Source: Ramazzottius varieornatus
Taxonomy: Eukaryota; Animalia; Tardigrada
DNA: 64,000 nucleotides
Direction of reading: 5' to 3'
Assembly (NCBI GenBank): GCA_001949185.1
Contig: BDGG01000004.1
Span: forward strand, 3,753,777 to 3,817,776
Below the pieces are notes generated by a model. That model saw only the letters and a program-made list of their open reading frames with translations. It was not told where the DNA came from and did not search any database. The translations under genes were made by a program, and so were the position numbers. Below are positions 35,786 through 45,271 of this stretch, piece after piece. The first letter of the stretch is position 1, and each line of letters starts with the position of its first letter.

Positions 35786-38700
35786 ATGCTTCGGACGCTT
35801 CTCATCATTCAAGCGTCGTTTACCAGTTACGGTGAGCATCCACAAACTGTTTTACTGTCTGTACGTCGAAGCTGCGAGCGATCCTTATCTAGATAAACCT
35901 GGGCGATGTTCTTTGCGCTAGTTACGTAGGTCCTTGTCCCAGAAACGATAATATGGTGCTATAATATGGGTCGTCCACCACAGGGACAAATTTCGTGGCC
36001 ATAGATGCATAGTCGTTGATTTCATGTTTTGCTGCCGGCTGTTGACCAAGCATGCGAATTTTTCAAAATGGCAAACCCCGAACTGGTGAATCACACAGAA
36101 AATCTTTCTTGTTAAGTGATGTGCAAGGTTTTCGTACTTCCTTGTTCGGTATAACATTATCGCGTCACTTGCCTATGGAAGCGCGAAGAACTCAGTCTCG
36201 AGATAGGTTTTGTTTAGTAGCGAGGTAATTACATAACATGATTTGCACTACAAGATAATCAATATGATCGATGTTAAGCAAAAATGCTGGATTGCAAGGA
36301 GTGTCAAGTCCGGGAGACCTTTACGGATTATTTCCTGTCCGTTGATGGCCGATCATCCAGGTTTAATCAACGCGGAAATACATAACATTATTTTAAGTGC
36401 TATGGAGTTGATCATTTAATTCGAGGGTAGCGAAGAGACAAGCGGGGTGGACGTAGAGGCAATTATCGGGACGCGCTTCATCTACTGCAGTGGAGAGCCA
36501 TAGCTGTTGGGCTTCGTGGGGGCCGAGGATTAAATATTCTGTTGGCTCTCCAGTCGAGCTTACAGTGAGCTACTGGGTGCAGAGAAGCCTGACAAATTAG
36601 CTGCCCCGCGCTCCATGAAAATTTGAAAACTTAGCCTGGAGGTCTGCAGATAAAATGATTATCTCCTCATCCCTGCCTCTCGACACTTACTAGGGAACAG
36701 TCCCAAAACCCGACACAAACCAGCTCCCCGTACACACGCAATCTATATATTTCGCATCATGTATAAAACCGCATAAAATTTTTCATGTAAGAAAGGATAC
36801 TCCTCATGTCCATGACTTTTGTGATTTATTCATATTTTAAAAAAATCTCAAATGTTCGAAAAATGGTTTTCGTGAAATCTAAACTCGGCAAACGCGCTCG
36901 ATAAGATCGCTTTTCCAAGTGGCGCACGCTTCCCGCTATAAATATCAGAAAGGTGCGCCGCTTGGATAAGCAGTTCTGTTGAAATTGTCTGCCGAGATCT
37001 CAGATATTTTTGCAATATTCTAATGACGCGTTTGTACTCCATACTTCATATTCTGGTTACAGCAATGGCTCGCCACGAGACCGCTCCTGCCGCAACTTCA
37101 GAATCGAGGAACTGCGTTCAGAGTCGACGACAATGTGTGATCGACCGTTCGTGCTCGTCACTCTTGGAGAGGATTCCCAGGCTTTGTGGACCGACAGATA
37201 GTAAGTGCAGGCCTCCTTTGCATTGGGAGGTCCTTCGCTCAACGACTTTGGATGCGCATGATTTATTATTCTGAATTGTTTGCAGATCAACATTGCTACA
37301 GTAAGCACCAGCCGGAATGTCGCCGGTCTTTGATACAGCTCAAGTCCACATCCGAGCTGCAGTCCTCATGTTACTGTCAAAATCCGTCCTCCAGAAGCTG
37401 TCAAGATTATTACAATCTACTATACAATCATCCCTGTCTGCGGTACCCACCATTCGCTCCCGCAATCTCGCCACAAGCCTTCAACTTTGACCTCGAGTTT
37501 GCCGGACAACTCTTGCAGTATCGCCATGTCCAGTTGTCCTGCACTTCCGCCCATCACGGTTAAGCTTGTGCTGTAGTAGTAGACTTCCATATGTTATGCA
37601 GTATTCACATTTATTTTTCTTTTACAGCGTGCCGTAAAAGCCCGTTGTGCCGAAGAGTTTACGATGAATACCGCCGTCGATGCAAAATAAAAGACAACCG
37701 CTGCCGAATGACCAAGTGAGTAACCGATCCATGTCCGTATCTGCTGGATCGTTCTTTCCATCGTTCTACAGTATATTCTGATGTTCTAGTGCTGCCCTCT
37801 GCTTTAATTCCTTCGAGCTCATCAAGCTCACTCCGCTGTGGAACTGCATTTGCGGCCAGCCGTCAGAATCACGGTGCCTTCGTATACAAAAATCTATCAT
37901 CGGGAACCCTTGTATTGGTAAGTACTACCTGGTCTTCTAAAATCTAAACAGTCCGTGTTGTATACATTTTTCTCAAACTCTCTTATACTGATATAAGTCA
38001 AGCGAGTAAAGAAATTCACTTCGTTACGTGTCTCTGATGCTCACAGGTGGGTTACCCGAATTGTTCGTTGACCGAAACGCATTTCTCAATACAACGCATT
38101 TATCAACCGCTGCTCCCTCTGTGATAAGGAGACCCACTCCTGCCCGCACTCAACGACCAATAGCTCCCACTCGAGCTCCCGCCCCAGTCACTACACGACC
38201 TCCTCGACCAACCACCACAACAGCCAACTATGAGGTCCTCATACCAGAAGACAATACCGAACCAGCAGACATCGCCGAGCCTCTTCCTCCACCACCCGAA
38301 GACAGTCATGTCACCTCAGACGGCGAACCTGACGCCGAAGCGATCGTCGAAACCTTCCCGGGTCCCGATGAAGAATACGTCTTGATACCACATATCGCTG
38401 TGGCGTTGATCTATCCCATAGTCAACAGAATTAGGGACATTCTCATCGAACATTATGCCCTAATAACAACGACAGAACCTCCAACTGAAGCCCCAAGTGA
38501 CACAGACTATACAGATGAACCAACGGAAGCGACGACTGAAGAGCCGGACGAACAGAGCGCAGTCATTATGGCCGCCGAACTTCCAACGCGACCACCAACT
38601 ACGCAGTCCACATCCCGCCCAGGTCCTTCTTTACAACCAGGTCTCACGAGAGCCACAGTCTCTTCCACCAGCAGAACCACCCCTTATTCAACAAGATCCT

Positions 38701-40669
38701 TCCGTCGGACCACTTTGCCCAGCTTGACAGCAGAACCGTCAGGAACTTCGGTAGCTACGACAACGGTTCGCTCGGTCCTTGCTACAACCACGAGGACTGT
38801 TCCAGTAAGGCCTGCTCAAGTTCTCGTACCACATTCCCCCGTCCGCTCCACAACTGTGGCTATTTCACCGTTTGTGACTACGACTGCAATAACAACGACA
38901 ACACATCCTGAGGGCGACGAAGTGTCAGTTTCGGAGTCGGAAGGTAATACCGTAAACTTTATTACGCTTACGTCAATTTGGGGGAGGTTTATCAAATGGT
39001 GTTTTTTCTATTTGTTGGTTTGTTTTGTAGATTATGGTGACAATCGGTTGACTACCACAACAGACTCTTCAGTGGTCTCTTCTGATGAAAATGAAGACAA
39101 AAGTAACACCGGTACCACCGAGACCGAGACCGAGACGACCACCGACACCACCACGGAAGCCACCACAGTTCCAGCCGAAGGTGTTACGTCGCGCCTTCTT
39201 CTTCCGTCGGATCTGTGCTGGCAGCAGATCGATGCATGGAGACAACATCCAGAGTTTGCCGAAGCCGTACAAATCTTCCATGAGAGCTGCAGGTGGACAA
39301 CGGAGAACAATGAAACTTGTGATGCCACCCTGTGCCTCGACGCGGAAGTTCGAGTTCAGCGATGGATGGGCGGCGTCTTTCAATTTTGCAGTAACCTAAC
39401 GTGTGATGTCGATGCAGATGGAGGATGTAAGAGGCTCCAAGAGTTCTTCACTCCTGGATGTGTGAAAGACGCACCGTTTTTGGAAGAAGAGCTGATCGGT
39501 AAGAGAACGAGACGTCACTCATGCTGTATGCAGGTGGATGAAACTTTGCCTGCTTTCATCGATTTTCCATTTCACTAATCGGCATAGCAAATTAAACTAA
39601 CAACTTTACAATGATGTTTTTGGTACTATTTGACAATAATCTTAACAACAACTACTCAACAATGATCTTTTTGCTATGTATTTTTTAGAGACGGTGACGT
39701 GTAGAGATTTCAAAAGAAATGGACTTGTTCTCAACGTCCAAAGAGGGCAGTACAAAAGGGTCTTTACTTCGAACGAGTGCTCCGATAAATGTACCTGCGA
39801 TGCTGCTGGGAAGGTTCGGTGTGAGCCATTACTGTGCAGCAAGTCGGACGACTGTCACGGAAATTACGCCACGTTCCCGCCGGGAGCACCATTCTTCCGA
39901 GCATTCCAAGGGCAGTGCGTATGTCATATGGGCAAGTTCTTGTGCATCAAGCCCTACAAGTTCAACGTGACCGAAGGTACGTCCCCGCCCTCTCCAATAT
40001 AGACCACTGTTCTTTCCTAGAAGTGCTGAGGTTTCATCCGGTTTCCTTCTTGGCAGGTGTATGGCTCTTCATGGCCTACAGTACAGTTGAAGAACGTGCA
40101 CTTTATCCAATGACAAACTTGACTGTGGCGCAAGATGCTTTGAAGCGACTGAAACTGTTGCCTTATCCAATGCGGCGAGAAGTACGTATACTTTCGCTTT
40201 CCGAATACGTGTGTGGACTATTGAGGGTAACTTTTTTCGTGTACAGGAGCCCTGCTTGTTTGACATGGAACCTTCAGAACCAGAGTACTTCATCCTGCGC
40301 GCCGACAGATTCGAGTTTGAAAATGTGACAGAAGAGAACCTTTCGGCGGGAACGAAACTGAACGAGGTACCTATCTAATGGCTTACTTAATGTACTACCG
40401 GTAAAGGAAATTTAAAGGTAATCCTTTTTTTCTAGGAGTACTGTGAAAGGTACTTTTCCTGGGTGGCCAACGAAGTGGTTACCCGGAAGTCGGCCCGCCA
40501 AGATATGCTGCTGTCCTTGATGCGGTTGGCGGAGATGGAATCTCACCGTCATTTGCCTTCTTCTGCATCGCGTCTTACTTTGAAAGCAGTTAGCTCGTTT
40601 GATCTCTTCATGATGGCAATGACTGTTGCATTTACATTTTTATTCAGAGAAAACTTTTTTGTTTTTTAG
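35786..40669 (+). CDS. Cell-surface protein with GDNF/GAS1-type Cys repeats, Thr/Pro mucin stalk, VWC-like module and GPI-type C-terminus (start uncertain)
   Basis: Spliced exons give C-x6-C-x5-C...CYC...C...NHPC, a second repeat ending GNPC, a ~350-aa T/P/E-rich region, a third divergent Cys repeat, CSDKCTCD...CEPLLC...CVCHMGKFLC, and a hydrophobic C-terminus after SSAS. Confidence 0.75.
36884..36996. repeat. Fold-back intronic element, copy B
   Basis: CTCGGCAAAC...TTTTCCAAGTGGCGCAC-25 nt-GTGCGCCGCTTGGA...TGCCGAG. Confidence 0.75.
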
Positions 40670-41187
40670 TGATTTTGGTCTTTGATATGTTACATGAACT
40701 GGCGAAGTTTTCTCGGCCACATCTCAAAAGACAATGCGTTGTTTCTGCGTGCTGGTTTTTCCTGATTTAGTAATTAGAAGAAATATTACAGAAAAGAAGA
40801 AGAGTAAAGGCTTCTTTTCGGATTGGCTTGACGGACACTAATGGATGGTCATCATCCGTTATTAGCCAGCTTCTCGGTTTCTCTTGATCTTTTGTCAGCG
40901 ACGTACTACGCAAGAGAACAAGAAATGACCACAGGAAGAACAATAGAGGTCACGCCTCTCGCAACGATATGTGATGCAACATTCTTTCTCGAATTAATCT
41001 GTCGTTATATGGTCATCCTCCAAATGAGCTTTTATAGCACTTTTTACTACCTCATCAGCGAGTAATTTCCGTATCCACCGTTAATGGTCAGTTTGTTTTA
41101 GTGTCCAACAGTAATAAAGGTTTGAACTTCTTTCTCTGAGGACACGCTACTGGAAAGAAATGTTTGCCCTTGTTATTTTACCGACAG

Positions 41188-44100
41188 AGTTTGTGCTGCA
41201 CGTCAACCATCAAAATCCGCTGGGTGGATTTTTCAATACGGAAACAACGCTACGAGCTTCCTGCAATATCTCATGCGGTGCGCCGTTTTACGCAGAACCA
41301 ACTTCCGGCTTCAGCGCTGCCCCATGCATGCCGAGCTTCCTCCCCTTCGATGATGTAAGTCCGCAACTGTACATGTGACGTGGGCAAGTGAACCGAACCA
41401 GATCGTTGTGTCAAATCGCGCACTTTATTCTGCGTATTGGCTATGGGTGTGCGCCACTTGGGAAAGCGATTTGGTTCGGTTTAAGTGCGCAAGTCTCAGA
41501 TTAACTCTGGTGTTCAGAAGCCTGAATTTTTAAAATCATGTCATCAATCCCAACTAGCTTCCAGCTGTACGATATTAAGAAAATTATAAGAGCTCGATGT
41601 GATAAATTTGTAAACCAACGAAAGGAGAGGTTTCCAGCCTTGTTTGGCTTTGGGAAGCTTATTGTTTTCATGACCTTTCTGGAAGTTGGTCAGGTCGTCC
41701 AAGCACGCTGACGATGTGAGATTCATGTTAATTCTAAGATTCAAGAAGTTCGGTGTGCCGGTCCGAGCCGGCCGAAAGAACCCTCCTTTTCCTGTAGGTT
41801 CAATATCTTGCATGGCATTGTCCGTCATTGAGCAACTTTGGGCGGCATTGCGTCTTGTAATCAGCACGTTCAGGTTCTTCTGCCTACTCTTTCTTGATAT
41901 TTTCTTTGTGGGAACAAAAGGTAAACAGCATTGAGATGGAAAGGGAGAAAGCCAGTCAGGAATACGCCCTAACAAAATGTTACGTTGTGTCCGGATAAGA
42001 TTGGCAGCCGCCAGTGTCGCTCACGTCGTCGACAGGGCGTCCAGCAGAGTGGCATGTCGGCGGCTTCTTTATTCATCTGAACTGCATTCGGACAAAAATA
42101 GATGATAACAGTGCCTGCTCGGAAATCCGAGCACCTATGTTGCATCTTAATTAAATCAGCTGCCCATTGTCAGGCATTTGTCATCAAACGATACCGATAA
42201 ATCACAAACATCCAGCACAAGTGTTAATCAATCTCCCCTTTTCTCTGTCGACTGCAAACGATACCTGACTGCACTGCTGTCAGGAAAATATCAAACGAAC
42301 GAAAGCATGTAAGCGATCAGATACGAACTTTATGGAAAACGAAGAGGGCTTCGTGGCAGAAGTGGAAAAACACGGATATTCCAGGGTCTATTGCATTTTG
42401 TGACGCACTCTTCCAGCCAATAGCAACGAAGACGTGCGCTACTTGAGGCAACGATCTTGTACTTTTGTTTGCCCATCTCGAATGTGAATTTTACGGTCAC
42501 ACTCTCCGTAACGGAACTGAATGCACTGAGAACTCGAAACTTTGGTTAGAATACCCCGAAGGGTTTCTTTGGTTAGAATACAGCAAAGGGGATTCTTTTG
42601 CAGAAGGATAACGACTTAGGCTGGCGGCCGCTTTGTAGAGTATTGTACCATTGAGATTCGAAGAGGACCGTGATGGCGCCAATAGAGTACTGCGGACCAC
42701 CGTCAAGTCTAACGTGTAGCCTTGGGGTGCACAATACGCATTTGAGCCACAAGGAATGTTCCGCAGAAACAGAAGCCCGATTGTCCAGCCTGCAACGCAA
42801 GAAGGAAGTTGACGGAGAAGAGAAGGGGCAAAAATGCATCGGCGAGCCCGACCATTGTCTTTTATGAATCTTTTGACGCAATAGTGCTCATCAGCGACTC
42901 ATTATCTTTCCATGATGGCCATAAGGCTACGGTTGCAGTGGCTTAAACGGGCAGATTGCGCGTGTCCTCCATTGTGGTATCCTCGCATGGGCGCATCCAT
43001 TTTCCTGGCTGAAGGAGATCAAAGTTGACGCCGGGAAAGCCATAGCTCTTCCTTGCATAACCACAAGCCCATAACAATATCGATTATTCATTTTTACGTA
43101 ACACCTGCCTCGTGGGCCTCATGTTAACAGCAGGATACATTGTCATGTCTTGCCAGCCCCCAACACCGGTGATCGCTCATTACCTCTCCTCCATCCCTCT
43201 AACGCTTTGTTATCCTTCTGACGTAATCTTTGCTGTAATATGCGCTAATCAGTGCTAAATCTTGACAGATTTAAGTCAACTGATTAGGTTAGGTCATATT
43301 GTTGTCAGTTTGGCTCTAATAGAACTAGGCAAAAAGAACTTTCCTCCTAAAGCATACGAAAGGTCCACTTAAAAGCGCACAAACGACAGCAGACCACACG
43401 GCTTATCAACTAAAAATAAAACTCTTCGATTTTTCTAGTCAATGTTCATAAAAGACTACGCTATGCCTCGTGCATAGCGAAAATGAAATATAACTTTTAT
43501 TAAAACATTGTTTCATTATAGGTTCGACTGAAACTTGGTGGGGAAATTCAGCCTTTCGGTTATGGAATGCCTACTGCAGCTGGGTTCCTCGCTTACAGTA
43601 CGATGGGTCGCTGTTCCTGGGTTCGCTTCCTCACCTTGACCACAAAGAAGAATGACGCCAACCTCATACTCCTACGCCGCCATCCCGTTACCTTTCAAGC
43701 AACCCAAGGAATCGGTCAGGGCGAACCCATTTGCCTTTTTGTGGATTCTGACCTTTACCATTCGGCATACCAAAGGCCGCTAGCCGAAACACTTTCTCCC
43801 TCACCCGCCGCGCTTCCTTCCGTCTTTGGTTTCCCTCCAAAGACCTCGCTGGACCTGGAACTGCACATAAGGCAACAATTACATAAGGTAACTTCGTTTA
43901 TTTTACCATTAACAGTTCTTCGACCTACAGATTGACGGGTAATGGTTCAGTAATAGTAATGGAAGTTTTCTCACCTCAAATGGTTATTCCTTTACCGTCG
44001 TTCATCAAATGGTGCCTTATGGGTTTTATGTCAATGACATCATTTGGGTTTGCTGACACAGGGCCTAATTGACTCCACGTCACCAAAGCAGTTTACAACT

Positions 44101-44953
44101 CCGGAGCCCAATGGACCAGATTCCACATCAGCCAGCAAGGAAAAGAAGTACCTGAATTGCTCTTTCTGCGGGAAGAAGTTCGATCGACCTTCCTTACTAC
44201 AAAGACATGAACGAATTCACACAGGTAAACTTATTCACGATCACCGAACTGCACACGCAGTAACTTTGACATAGTTGCTGAAAGTTTCAACCAACAGGTG
44301 AAAAGCCATACCGGTGCGACGCGAAGGATTGCGGGAAGAGCTTCAGCACATCCAGCTCACTGGTAAGGCACAACATGGCTTCCGCATCTATGAACATATA
44401 GCGTATCATAATTATGGTAATGAAATATTCTTATCCGCTTTCTTATCCGTTTTCAGAATACCCACCGAAGAACCCACACAGGTAAACATTCCCTACCTGT
44501 CTTCATTCGTATTCGAGAATCGTTAGCTCTTCCGCGGTGGCCGAAGGTTCGACCTTCTTCATGGTAACGAGCTTCCTTCTTTTCTTAGGAGAAAAGCCGC
44601 ATGAATGCAAAGAGTGCGGAAAAGCTTTCGCTGCGAGCTCGAACCTGTATTACCATCGGATGACCCATACCAATGTAAGACCTAAGGGAACGACTCGTCC
44701 AGAGCCGGAAGGCGGTGGCGCTTACCGAACGGGCAATGATCGTTAAATGACACTTCCTTATTCTCAGGAACGACCGCACAAATGTACCATCTGTAGCAGA
44801 GGATTTGCAACCCCAGGGGACCTGCGAAATCACTCCCATACTCACACCAATAGCTGGCCGTACAAATGCGACTGCTGCGGAAGGGGATTCACCAAATTCA
44901 ACCAACTGAAAACCCATCAAAAGTCCCATGACAAACTAACCCCGAAGGAATAG
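41188..44953 (+). CDS. C2H2 zinc-finger transcription factor (5 fingers) with a degenerate PR/SET-like N-terminus; first exon not located
   Basis: Fingers [37 protein letters not shown]|[49 protein letters not shown] and [21 protein letters not shown], with TGEKP-type linkers. Upstream exons 41188-41354 and 43522-43887 join in frame and contain CSWVRFL...ANL...[17 protein letters not shown]. Confidence 0.8.
41383..41490. repeat. Fold-back intronic element, copy C
   Basis: AACCGAACCAGATCGTT..CGCGCAC-25 nt-GTGCGCCACTTGGGAAAGCGATTTGGTTCGGTT. Confidence 0.7.
42400..42473. repeat. Fold-back intronic element, copy D (left arm decayed)
   Basis: GTGACGCAC-25 nt-GTGCGCTACTTGAGGCAACGATCTTGT...GTTTGCC. 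Confidence 0.6.
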
Positions 44954-45271
44954 TCCGCCAAACTGCAGACCTTCGCTTTCCACGCTCAAGTTTTGTGGCA
45001 TTATTTCTTCTTGATGTGCAAGCCTGATGTACACCCTTATTCGCTTCTAGCTGTGTGAGTATCGTAAACGTCAGCCAGAAGTTTAACTTTTAACATGGAA
45101 TAAAAACACAAGGCAACACGGATTCAATTAGAAAATAAAAGACGTTCACCCAGCCAAAGCTGAGCCTGCAAGAACCATACATGATTGTGCTGAACGGTTG
45201 CATGGTCGGTATGTCAAAAGGACTACTCTGAATTAGAGGAGGAAATGAAAGATCGGAGACAGGAACTGAGC

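Noticed and set aside
44531-44560. tRNA/SINE-like A and B boxes (GGTGGCCGAAGGTTCGACC)
   Set aside because: The boxes overlap with no spacing and no cloverleaf can be built.
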